From the NCBI GenBank assembly GCA_017654855.1, contig CM030333.1:3658001-3722000 (forward strand): DNA of 64,000 nt. The letters are read 5' to 3'. Of the stretch, positions 22,644 through 34,598 are shown in pieces. The translations under genes and the position numbers were made by a program. The DNA is from Podospora anserina. Taxonomy: Eukaryota. Each line of letters opens with the position of its first letter. Position 1 is the first letter of the stretch. The notes under the pieces are model-generated. The model saw nothing but the letters and a program-made list of their open reading frames with translations. It ran no database searches and was not told the DNA's origin.

Positions 22644-24111
22644 CTAGCAATCAGAAGGGCAGACGAAGGCAGAATTGGCGATGCAGACCGACTTCTTGGC
22701 AGGGCTCTTGTCGAGCGTGCAAATCACCTTCTGCGCACCATCACCGTCCTTGGATGGCTCGGGAGCCTTCTGCTCCTTCTCGATCTTGGGAACGGCACCA
22801 AAGCGCGAGTTGCCCTGGTCCCAAATAGCGTAGATGGACTTCAAGAACGTGTCTCCAAGAATATCAAACGGCATGGAACCGCGCGACTGGACACCGCCGT
22901 AATAATTGCTCTCATCGGCTTCCGCAAAAATGAGATCCTCTTTCTGGATGACAAACTCTCTCCCACCGACAGCCACGCTAAACTCTGGAAGACTGTCAAC
23001 CTTGATAGACTTGGGGATGAGATAGCCCTGGTACTTCTCGCTGTAGGCAGCTCCGTCGATCTTCTTGTACAGAGCGTCACAAGCCTCGTCTGAGATGAGC
23101 GCGAGGGTAGTGCCAGTGTCAGCAATGGCCTTGTTGTCAGACAGTTCGATCTTGTCACCATCAACGCTGGCACTCGTGCTGTCGAACATCCAGAAACCCT
23201 GAGAGTTGTCCACCTTGGCCCAGGTGATCTCCTCTCCGCATTTCTTGACCAGATCTTGATCGATCCAGCCAAAGGTATAGAAAGACTCGGGCTTGAGATC
23301 ACGAGAGCTATAAAAGGCCGATGTGAATAGCTCGGCTTCCTTGGGGATATCCTCCTGCTCAATCATGTTGTCGACTGGGGTTGGCTGAGGATCGCGGATG
23401 CCCATGGTCGAGTGTACAGTGTTGATCTGCTTGAAAGCCAGTCCAAGGAGACCGCCCATGACGCCCTGGCTGAATTGAGAGGACACATGCTTGGCCACCT
23501 CAACCGCTTGTTTCTTGATGACGAGGCCACCAATGGAGATGGTATCCTGGCCAACAAAGCCGGACGCAGAGCTGCCATCACCGTACTCAATCTTCCAGCT
23601 TTTGTTGTGCATAGGTGCGAAGGTGCTGGACTGATCGTTCTTGAAAGCATCCGGACGAACCTGTGTTGGTAACTGTCAGCAGGCCATAGCAATCTGAAGG
23701 GGAGACGTTGTAGCAACATACCCAGAGGTCGGCAGAGCCAGTGTCAAAGTCCAACAGGACTTTCTGAGGAGGGGTACCGATCAACACCTCGCAAAGGTAC
23801 TCCATGTCACCTTGTTGGTCTTGGGCCCCAACCTCTCCCGGCTTGTTGTCTCCCGTCTTCTCAACGAGAGAGGTCCACATGTCGCGTATGGCCCCCACGG
23901 CAAACTTGCCAGAGGTCCAGTTGGTGCTCGGGTCGCGGATCTTGCCGGAAGTAAGAGGGCCTGGCTTGGTGGGCTGGAGGCCATAGCGGTTGATGGCAGA
24001 AGCGTAGGCCTTGGTGCCATGGCGCTGGAACTTGCTGTTGGGGATGGCCTTGACTTTGTGCAGGCCGAGCTCGGCGCGGAGCTTGGACTGGGCAATGAAG
24101 ATGGACTCCAT
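22644..24111 (-). CDS. Pepsin-like (A1) aspartic protease; intron 23661-23721; alternative in-frame ATG at 24243
   Basis: Two catalytic motifs DFDTGSADLW and IADTGTTL, flap YGDGS, ILGDTFLK. Confidence 0.9.
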
Positions 24112-24914
24112 GATGTTGTGTTGGTGGTGTGGGTTTTGGTAGTTGGGAGAGTCTTGGGTGTAGTTGGTGGTGAGTAGAGAAAGGAGAAGCAGTTGTTGAA
24201 GGCTGAGGGTAGTGGTGTTGCTAAAGTAGGATGGTATTGTCATAGGAAATCAAGTAGGAAATGAATGGGAAAACCGAAGAGGGAGTTCGTTTGCTTAAAT
24301 AAGACTCATGCTGTCATGTGTGACTGGGTTGATGTCTGGATGGAAAGAGCGAGGTGACCTTCCCCGCGCGGAGGAGCTCACACATGATGGCTGCCTTGGT
24401 ACCAGCCGTCAATTTCCGTTGTCGCTCTTTCCTCTCCATAATGGCTATGTTGATAACGCGCGCAAACCGCAGTCGTGTGTGACTCAAATCGCAGAAGCAT
24501 TACGTCGACAGCAGGAAGGGCGCAATGACAGAGCATTGTCATCGGTCGGCTGGTTTTAACGGCCGAGACTGGTGTTGACAAGTGTTATCTGAAGCAGAGC
24601 CGCGGTGAGCCGTGGTGTTACCAGTTCCATGGTGTTTACCATGTGACAAAAGGTGCGACTGCTTGTTTTGACCGGTTGATACCAAGATTGTTTGCCTTGT
24701 CGCAGAGCCTGTTCATGAGCCATCCCGATAAGCCAGTCAACTATATTTCTCCAGCAAAACCCGCCCAGCCTCCCATAAGCCTTACACGAACCTCTGTCGC
24801 GGATTTCCTATCACGGTAGACTCAACATACTGCTATGGTCGACGTAGGCCGCCTCATGATGCCACAGGTGACAGAATTGGCTTGCCACGCGTTTGACGTG
24901 GCTAGAGAATCATC

Positions 24915-25785
24915 TCATGGGTTCAGTTTTACCCGCCCAAGTATGAACCCTCTAACTCCGGTGCTCAGCCAGCATTTTTCTCCATCAACCAGAGACTGAG
25001 CTAAAACAACCTCCTCAACAACAAGTCCCCTACCCAAACCCGTTAGTACATCGCCCCATATCAATCATCCCCTTCTTAGAAACATACCTCTCCAGAGCCC
25101 ACCTCCTGGTGGTACCATCCTGCCCACCATGCCATTCTTTATCAGTCTCCTTATTCACGAACGGTGTGACCCATTTCCCATCCCGAAAGAAATAAGGCGT
25201 GCTAATCGACCCCTCCATTACCGACCCATCCTTGCTATCCATAATCAAGACTTCCCTGGAAATCGTGGGTGACGTGATACCTGCCCGTTGCCTCGCCTCC
25301 TCGTATACTTGTCTCTGGCTGGTCTTGTAATGTGTGAACTCTGATGGATTGACGTTGTCTGTTGTGTCGACTACCACTTCGAACACACTGCCCGAGTACA
25401 AGTCCAGTGTAGGGGGGTCTAGTGTTGTTGGAAAGAGTCTTGAGAGGGGGACTGATGGGACGGGAGCGGACGTCACTGTTAGTTTCCCGTTCTGGAAAAT
25501 GTCCACCCTTACTCGGGCTGGCTGGTCTTTTTGAGCGAGATGAGCTGTGATATTATCCGCCAAAAGTTGAAGTCCAGCGTCACCAGTGAGAGAAGAGATG
25601 ACAGAGTCCCATTTCCAATGATGAGCTGCGCGAAGCATGCGGTCGCGGTGGTAGTCTAGCATGTAAAAGGGAGAGGAGTGGCCATGGTTCCAGCTTGCGT
25701 GGGTGAAGTCTGGGTGGGAGTGAACTTGGAGGAGGGCAGGGTCGTAACGAAGAGAAGTAAAGATCTGAAAATCGGACGATGCCAT
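24915..25785 (-). CDS. ABZ2: Aminotransferase class IV / 4-amino-4-deoxychorismate lyase-like (intron 25030-25087)
   Basis: FTSLRYDP, YHRDRM, THYKTSQR (PLP lysine), VMEGSIST and GTTRRWALE motifs. Confidence 0.75.
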
Positions 25786-26396
25786 TTTGAATCAAGAATT
25801 GAACAAAGTGTTGAGCTATCTCCCAAAATCAAGCGGTAATTTGATTACTTCCTGATACTGCCAAAAAGCGTCCCCTCCTAAATTGCCCCTGAGGGTTACT
25901 GTGGGGACCCGCAGAAGCTGGGCGTTCTGTGTTGACACAAGACAAAGTATTGGTGCCTCAGGTTGCAATGCTGCTTCTGCTTGGTGTTGGTGGGGGTGGA
26001 GCTTGGACCTTGATTAGCAAAGAGTGAAGTCACCGTTTTCTTATCGGTGGCAGGAGGCAAGTCCAAAAGGTGTGCCAGGTCAGGTTCCGGAAAAACCGCG
26101 TGGTGGAGCAGGTTGCAGCAGTTGCAATTGGCGGGCCGCGCTGGACCGATTTTTTTTGATCAAGCTTCCATGGCTTGCTGTCGGCTGCTCAGTTGCTGGG
26201 AGAGACGTCAAGGCTTTGCTTCGCAGGATATTCACAAATAATCTGCATCACCAACCCGGCCGTCCACCCACACCCAGTCCAGTGTTGAGTGGCTTGTTAT
26301 CTCACTTTTTTTATCGTCCCTTCCCAGTCTTGACCACCCGTATCATCTTTCTCCGGCTGAGCCCTTCACTAAGCGCTCCCTGCACCCAAAAGAGCC

Positions 26397-28413
26397 ATGG
26401 CTCCCACGATTGCTTCAGGCCCCGCGGGGACCACTGTAACAGTGCCGGGCAATTCATCGCTGTGGGACCGCATCTCCAACTGGGCCTCTGAGAACAAAGG
26501 CCTCGTCTATACCATTGCTGGTGTCGCCGTAGTGGTCACCGGTGCCGGTGTTGTTTACTATATCCGCAAGGGTCCTGATGAAGTGAGCAGAAGCACCCAC
26601 CCTGTCGTCAACCCCATCATACCCCTCGTCGCCGCCGTTATCGTCGTCGTCATCGTCGCCTACCGGGATACTGACCCTTTGTTCTCTTTTCTAGGAGTCT
26701 GTCCCAAAGCCCAGCAAGAAGGAGAGGCGGAAACGGAAACAGGCCGAGAAGGAAGCCGAGAAGGGCGCTGCCGCCGAGAAGCAAGCAGAAACCTCCAAGA
26801 CCGCCACAGTAGAGACCGCCGATGAGCTGCCAGAAATTGACGAGGCCAGTGTCATCGGCCTATCCGAATCCCAACGCAAGGAGTATGCCGCTAAGCTTAA
26901 GGAGGCTGGTAACAAGGCCTACAACCAGAAGGATTTCAACAAGGCCATTGAGCTTTACTCGAAAGCCATCCTTTGCAAGCCAGACCCAGTTTACTACTGC
27001 AACCGCGCTGCCTGCCACAACGCCCTGAGCGAATGGGAAAAGGTTGTTGAGGACACCACCGCCGCTCTTGCCTTCGACAATGAGTACATCAAGGCCCTCA
27101 ACCGCCGCTCGAATGCTTACGACCACCTCGGCAAGTACAGCGAAGCTCTCCTCGACATCACCGCCAGCTGTATCATCGATGGTTTCAGGAACGAGCAGAG
27201 TGCGCAGGCCGTCGAGCGTCTTCTGAAGAAGTTTGCCGAGACCAAGGCGAAGGAAATCCTCGAAACCAAGCCCGCCAGACTGCCCAGCGCGACCTTTGTG
27301 GGCAACTATCTTCAAAGCTTCAGGGCCAAGCCAAGGCCAGCGGGGTTGGAGGATGACGCCGAATTGGACGAGGAGACTGGAAAGGGCCAGCTGCAAAAGG
27401 GTCTGAAGGCGATGGAAAGCAAGATTGCGCCATCGTACGAGGAGGCTGCCGAGGCTTTCGAGAAGGCTCTGACTCTGGGAGACCTCGGTGAATACGAGGC
27501 TTACGCTCACAACCTTCGCGGTACATTCCAATGCCTCAAAGGCAAGCATCAGGAGGCTTTGGCCGATCTGTCCAAGAGTATCGAGCTTGATCCCGGGCTC
27601 ACCCAGAGTTATATCAAGCGGGCCAGCATGAATCTGGAGCTCGGTGCCCCAGACAAGGCTGAGGAGGATTTCGAAGCCGCCCTCGCCAAGAACCCAGAAG
27701 ACCCGGATATTTACTACCACCGCGCCCAGCTTCATTTCATCAAGGGCGAGTTCGCCGATGCGCAGAAGGATTACCAAAAGTCGATCGATTTGGACCCCGA
27801 TTTCATCTTCTCTCACATCCAACTCGGTGTGACCCAGTACAAGCTCGGTTCCATCGCTTCATCCATGGCGACCTTCAGGCGGTGCATCAAGAACTTCCCC
27901 AAGATCCCAGACGTCTACAACTACTATGGTGAACTTCTTCTGGACCAGACCAAGTTCAGCGAAGCTATCGAGAAATTCGACACTGCCATTGAGCTGGAAA
28001 AGGAGACCAAGCCCATGTCGATGAATGTGCTGCCTTTGATCAACAAGTCTCTTGCCCTCTTCCAATGGAAGCAGGACTTCAGCGAGGCTGAGAAGCTCTG
28101 CGAGAAGGCCCTCATCAGTAAGTGGTTGCACATTTTCACATATCTTCTTTGTTGTTTGCTAACATGGAATTTCGTAGTTGACCCCGAGTGCGATATCGCC
28201 GTTGCCACCATGGCACAATTGCTTCTCCAACAGGGCCGCGTGACCGAGGCCCTCAAGTACTTTGAGCGTGCTGCTGAACTTGCCAGAACAGAGGGAGAGC
28301 TTGTCAGCGCCATCTCATATGCCGAGGCCACGAGAACCCAGATCCAAGTGCAGGAGAAGTATCCCGACTTGGCTAGCAAGCTGTCGGGCATGGGCGGCGG
28401 TGTGGTCCGATAG
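26397..28413 (+). CDS. TOM70: Mitochondrial import receptor Tom70 (introns 26583-26694 and 28118-28177; 614 aa)
   Basis: N-terminal anchor [20 protein letters not shown], then TPR repeats ([29 protein letters not shown]). Confidence 0.95.
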
Positions 28414-29858
28414 AAGGCTGTGTGGGTGTGGGGAAGCCGGACAGGAGCACAGATGCGAAGAATGCTATTTCGTTGGGTGGTGATATGACCGTCCTGCGAT
28501 CTCAAAATTGAACCGTGATGAATGGTATACCCCGTCAAAACGCGCGCCGCAACTGGAGTCTGAACCGTTTTTCCAAACATGTATCATGAGCAGTCCATGG
28601 TGTTTTTTGTATTTTTCTTGTTCATCTCATACATCTGTATGACTGCATGCTTGGGGAGAGGGTGGGTAATATCTGTGTACGATGACGGGAGAGAAAGACT
28701 GGGGAAAGAAACAAACCAGCGGGTCGTCCCGCAACGAAAACCACGCCACTCTATTACGCAACCCATGGAGGAATGAACATCTCCTTTTTTCATGGTCATG
28801 ATTCTTGTTTTTATTCTTGTTTGTCATTATAGGTGTGGGAGTGTTTTGTTTTTGGCTGGGTGGGAAAGGGGGTGAGGGTGAGGGTGAGGTTGGTGGGAAG
28901 TATACAAGTACATTACTCTTGTTTGTTTACATATGTAGCTTTGGGAGAAGCGCTCAATGAGAATCGATCAAAAAGCGGTATAAGAAAAAGGTTGAACTCT
29001 TTGCTTTTTGTGTTGTGTCAAGGGATCCCAAATAACCCAGGCACCCTGCCCACAACAAATTAATACACACAAATAGGATAGCCCCCATATTATGTTGCAA
29101 ACTACACCTTGCGGGATAACCAATAGTCTTTGAATTATAGTTAATAGCCCTTCAAAAGTGTTCAGAAGGCCCATTAATTTACCTTCGATGCATGGTTTAC
29201 AACATCATATGGGCCAACCAACCTACTTGTGTCTATCAGCTATTTTGTGGTGAGGGAGCCAGGGATGAAAGGATTGCGCAACGTCCAAAGGGGTGAGCGA
29301 AGGGAACAAAAAAAAAGACATGAATTAATCCGTATGTACTCTGTACTTTTGTACATGCTACATAGTGGTTTACTCAAAAAGAATTAACAACGCGCGTGAG
29401 CCTCCTCCCCAATTAAATAAAACCAAAAAAGAACAAGAAAAACTACCATCTTCTCTTATACCTAGACTGAGAAGAAGAAGGAAAGAAACCCCTGATTTCC
29501 CGCTCCCGGCCAATGACGGACCCATCATCATTAGCAGCATGTTCCATCAAAAACCCGTCATTAAGTCCCGCCTAACATCAATCACCAGCTACCACCACCA
29601 AACCAGGGTCCTGTTTTTGCGTTGCTACACGTCCCCCCCCCAACCCTATTGGGAGTCTATTATAATGATCTTGTAAATCAACATTTCCACCGCCCACGCC
29701 CTTCGCTCATACAACATCAACAGATTGCATGTTGAAAACGCTCTGCTCCACTCTTTCGCATTACGCCTTTTCTCCTCGACAAAACAGGCGCCAAAAAGTG
29801 CCAAACACAACCCAGTCAATCAGCGCTTCCGCAAACGCGGATTCTAACATTGGCATGC

Positions 29859-31051
29859 TTATTGAGCGGGAGGGTTGTTCTTTTGGACAACAGAAACACC
29901 GACACCAACACCCACAGCGATGATGATCAGGATCAAGATGGTAATACCCAAGCACCACCACTTGAGCTTTCTCCGGTTGCGAGCGCTCTTGACAGCAGTC
30001 TGGATCTGGGTGTTGGCATTGCCGAGGTGGTCCGTCGTCTGCTCGGCCTTTTGAGCCACATCCTCGATGATGGCGCTCTGCTGGACGATCAGCTGGTTGA
30101 GGATGTCGAGAAGGTCGACAAGGTCGTTGATGGACTGTTCAATCTTCATCATGTCGTTGTGGCGAGCGCGGACATTGCCGAGAACTTCCGAGGCGCGGCC
30201 AGAGCGGTTGGAGCGGAGGGCAGTCTGGAAGATACCCTCGTCACCCCAGTTGGCATCAGCGGCTTGCTGCAGCTCGGCTTCGGTGGCGTTCTCGTTGACG
30301 ATTCTGTACTGGCGCATGATCTGCTCGCGGCAGCGCTGTCTGTAGGCTTGCTCCTCCTGCAAGAACTTTTGGATGGTGTCCTTGAAATCATTGTTGAGAC
30401 TGTCGAACTGGCGCTTCTTCAGGGAAAAGGTGCCGTGCTCGGCTGTCGTCCGCTCCGTATCCGTCTTCAAAGACTGGATCTGGTCCTTGATGGCCGTGTT
30501 CTTGAGTTGCGATTTGGCGACCTCGGCGTCGAGCTCGGCCTGAGCATGGCCGTCGGTGCTGGACAAGGCAGCATGGTGAAGAGATTCGACTCTGCGGATA
30601 ATCTGGGTCAAGCCTTGAATTTCCTGGCGAATGGCCGACACGCGCTCGAGGAATTGGTTTTGGGTGAGGACGGTAGCTGATGAGCCGTACTGTTGCTGAG
30701 GAGGGTCATATGGTTGCTGTTGTGGCGCGCCGTAGGGTTGTTGTCCGTAAGATTGTCCACCGTAGGGTTGTCCATACTGCTGTCCATATGATTGCATCTC
30801 ATGTTGTTCCTGTCGACGGAAAGCGACGAGTTAGCATGTCAAACCCATGAATAGTAGTGCGCGCGCTTGGCGGTGACCGCAAAAAGAGCATCCGTGCCTC
30901 TATGAAAACAAGGCATATGACTTTCGGCACTGTCCGGCCCATCCGCACCTGATACCGCGACGCGATTCAGAGAAATACTCACAGGTTGTCCATATCCACC
31001 GCCATATCCAGCTTCGGCCGAGGGGCCCTGGTTATAAGGATTGTACGACAT
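29859..31051 (-). CDS. SSO1: Plasma-membrane syntaxin (Sso1/2-like t-SNARE); intron 30810-30982
   Basis: Habc region, RQYRIVN, SNARE motif VRARHNDMMKIEQSI, AVKSARNRRKLKWWC and a C-terminal transmembrane helix. Confidence 0.88.
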
Positions 31052-32623
31052 TGTAGCTGACGCAATTGCACCGCTTTCTGTTCAATTGATGTGTTTTGTC
31101 CTGGTCTCGTCGAAGGTTGCTGTAATGATATCTGTCGGGATCAATGCGATGGCGCGCTCCGTCGTTGTTCAACTTGCTTCCTTGAAAATTGACTGGAAGG
31201 AAGAAGTGGTAACTGGTTGTTGGTGGTTTGTGAAGGCTCGGATTGATCCAATCTCCCCAGCTTGCGCTGCCTTGGCCCTCTCCCGTCCAGTGCCTGCACG
31301 TTGCTGGCCGGTTGACGAGCACCCGAGTGGTCCGTTCAGGTGTGGCTGATGGCTTTTTGTCGCTGCACCTGGTCTCCACTTTGACGGTTGATGGACCCGC
31401 AAATTTCCCTTTTCTCTCTCAGTTTTCAGGACGAGGTCCAAGCCGCCGCCCATACCAAACCCTTTTTGGTTAAGATGATGAACCCTGCGAGTCTTAGCCC
31501 CGTGCTTACGAGGCCTGCAGCGCGAGGCAGTGACTTTTTTTTTTGGTTCTTCTTGTTAGGGGTCTTTTCAGGGCACGAGACCTAGGATCGGTGAATATAA
31601 ACGTACTGCATAGAAGACGATGTTGGAGAGCTTGGTTTGGAAAGGAGCTCATGTACGTAAGGCACGGAGTACTTGAGCCCCTTTTGTCACAAGACGAAGC
31701 TGCTTAGCTGAAGCTTCGTCGTGGAGATAGCGGAGTCGAGCTCTTCTGTGTGTTCTGGACCATCCCGATAAAGCGGTCAAAACAAGGAAGGTATACCAGC
31801 TCACTTCTGTTCTCGGCAACCGTTGGATATCGTTTGTGGAATGGCAAGGCAACCTCCGAGACGGGCAGCGTGAGAGCTTCGAGCTCCTTTAATGACAACT
31901 GGTAGAAAGTCCTGGGCCTGGAAATTGTTCCGGTCCATTTATCTGTTGATACTTGCTCATTGAACTCCCATAATCTGCAGCATTGTCTCATCGCCAGCCG
32001 TGTTAAGCAATTATACCCGGATACCTACTAGGCACTTGCCCTCAGAAATAACATGTCGCTGTCCAGCTCCTCGGAATCATATGCAACGGCGGCAAACTTG
32101 ATGGCGTCACCTGCAGCGAGGCTGAGACTGATCTGCATGTCTCCCCACAATTGGTTGAAATGGTCCACTATCGCAGCTCTGGCTTTCCGTTTTTTAGATG
32201 GCAGTCACCGGGCACTGAAACAAAAGCGAGTGACCCAACGTCTTACTATGAAGCTTCACATTTAAAACCGAGCCTTGTATGTGCTGGATCGCCCCCAGCA
32301 CACTGCCCTTGAACCCCTTGGTTATATAAGCAACCCGATTTTTCCCTTCCATTAAACGCCCTGTCGCCATTACTCCTGCATCCACCCACTTCTTTGCACC
32401 GATTCTGCGTCCACCAACATCTGGGGTTTCCGTATTGCGCTGAGCCCGTGTCTCGCCATAGAGGGATATCCCCCTCCCACCCAAGCGCCTACTTGTCGAC
32501 GCAGCTCTTCGTGGTCTGCCAGATGTCCTCTAGCTGGCCTGACCGCGCTTCTTCATACGGGCGGTTGATCACCTTTCACCGTCCCTTCACTTAAAAACCA
32601 GGCCAAAAGTAACCCTATGCCGC

Positions 32624-33740
32624 TCAGAAGTAGTTCTTCTTTCTGCTGGTGCGAGTATACTGGCTTAGGTGCCATTCGCTATCGGCATCCTTGTTCTCGA
32701 GTGTTCCCATGGTGATGGAGAATGGTCGCATAGTGAACCGTGGGCCAACCTCGGAAAGTTCGACTGAGTCGTAACTTGTCCTCACATACACGTGATGACG
32801 GACCTCGATGCAGTCGTCTTGGTTCACGAAAGTAATAACTCTGTTGCCTGCGGCTTTGCTGGCAGTAACGTCTCGTGGCGGGAACAAATGCTTCAGGATC
32901 TTGACAATTCTCAGACCCAGTTTTGTTGTAAAGCCGTCGAAAATGAGGTGCGGGTAGGATTCTGATACCGTTCCCTTGATCGACCTTGGAATATCGGCTC
33001 TGAGTACAACATTGTGAAGGGAAGCCATCAATGTCGGGCCGTGGGGGAAATGGCTGATGGTCATGGCCGTGGGTGTACCACTATGTCGGGTTAGAAGACA
33101 TTCAATTAAAGCCAGTATACATAACTCACCGATGTTCGTGCAGCAAAATCACATCACTGAGCTTCTCGGCTTGCGCTGAGCGGACCAGTTCTGGCAGCAC
33201 CAAATTACCACGATTCAGTCTGATGCCCGTGGGAAATAGTAATCGGATTTCCTTGCTGAAGGACATGAGTCTCGAGCTCTATAGAGAAAAGGTTAGTCTC
33301 ACAATGCAAAGATGACGGCAAATGACACTTACGGGGTCTCGAGAAGTAGTCACAAGAATGCGAGGGTCTAGAAGGAATATCAGCACCTGGCCATGTGCGC
33401 TTTCACCACCCACAGAAGAGAGCCATACCAACGACACCTGAAAGCTCGGAGTATTCATCATCGATATCGAGAGAATCATCCTCGGCGACGTCGCGCGACG
33501 CATCGTAGTCGTAGTCTTTGCGCAGTTGGGTATCTTTGGCGAGTTCTGGATCCAGCGGCTTGCCCGAAGCCAAGGCAGCTCTCAGCTTCGCCCTCTTCTC
33601 TGAAACTTCGGCATCGCGCAGAAGAACTGCTTTTCGGTAGAGATAGTCTCGCCTTTGCCTGGCTTGTTTGCGCTGAAGATACTTGTTAGATGGTGGATAC
33701 GCGAGGTTCGGGGCAGCGACATCCAAGTACTGACAATCAT
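32624..33740 (-). CDS. IMP4: U3 snoRNP protein Imp4 (introns 33673-33734, 33368-33428, 33279-33332, 33081-33129; 296 aa)
   Basis: [37 protein letters not shown], Brix motif [10 protein letters not shown]. Confidence 0.93.
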
Positions 33741-34598
33741 TGTGAATGTTGTTGGTATGACGCTTAATCTGGAGGATGGCGAACGGTGCGCTGAGAGATA
33801 TCGCTTTCGGAGTTTCGGGATCTGTAAATTTTGGCGTAGTTTCCTTGCTGAATGGCCAAAAGGGTTCTCGAAATGGCTTTTTGATGGAAGGTTACCACAG
33901 CGCTGGAGAAAATAATTCCCCTGCAAGGCTGAGAAGCCAACGCTATCAGCGCCTATCAATCGGCCATATCAGTGGAGGGGCACCAACAGAAACAGGAAGC
34001 ACGGACCCCTGGCCAACTTTTTTCCCACCTGCCGTGCAGCTGTACCCGCAGCCTGATAGCCGCCACTTTCCACTTTGGGAGGCGTCTCTTTGCCTATGAG
34101 CGCTGACAAGGTGCAGGATTCCCACAGCCAAAAAATCGCAAACCGCCGGCAGCGAGCAACGAAACACACGAATTTCCAGAGCTTCCCTCACCACCCATTC
34201 ATTCTGTGGACTTGCGAGCCCATCAGCTGCCTCGATTTCCTGTGTCAGCGATGATGTGACCGTCCCGTCGCTTGCAATTCCATCAGCTCTTTTTTTGTCT
34301 CTATCAACGTCCTGTCACTGCGACATCCCAACGATACCTAGACAGCTGCGCGCAGTGTGTGCCCTCCAACCTACCAAATAATAATTCTCGACCGGTGATT
34401 CAAGGTTAGCCTCGGCAGCACCCAACACGTTGTGCGCCATTCCCCTCCCTCACTTCGTCGCGTTCAAGCAACATTAGCATACTTTTGCCCCCCGTCCTCT
34501 TGTCACACATCTCTCTTGCCTGCAAGTCCCATGATTGCGTTCGCCTGCTTACCATCCTGCAGCCCAAGTGTCCCGGCACCCTTGCCGTCTGTTTGATA

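Noticed and set aside
28870-28890. (GGGTGA)n and scattered TTAGGG words
   Set aside because: Only 1-3 copies; not telomeric arrays.
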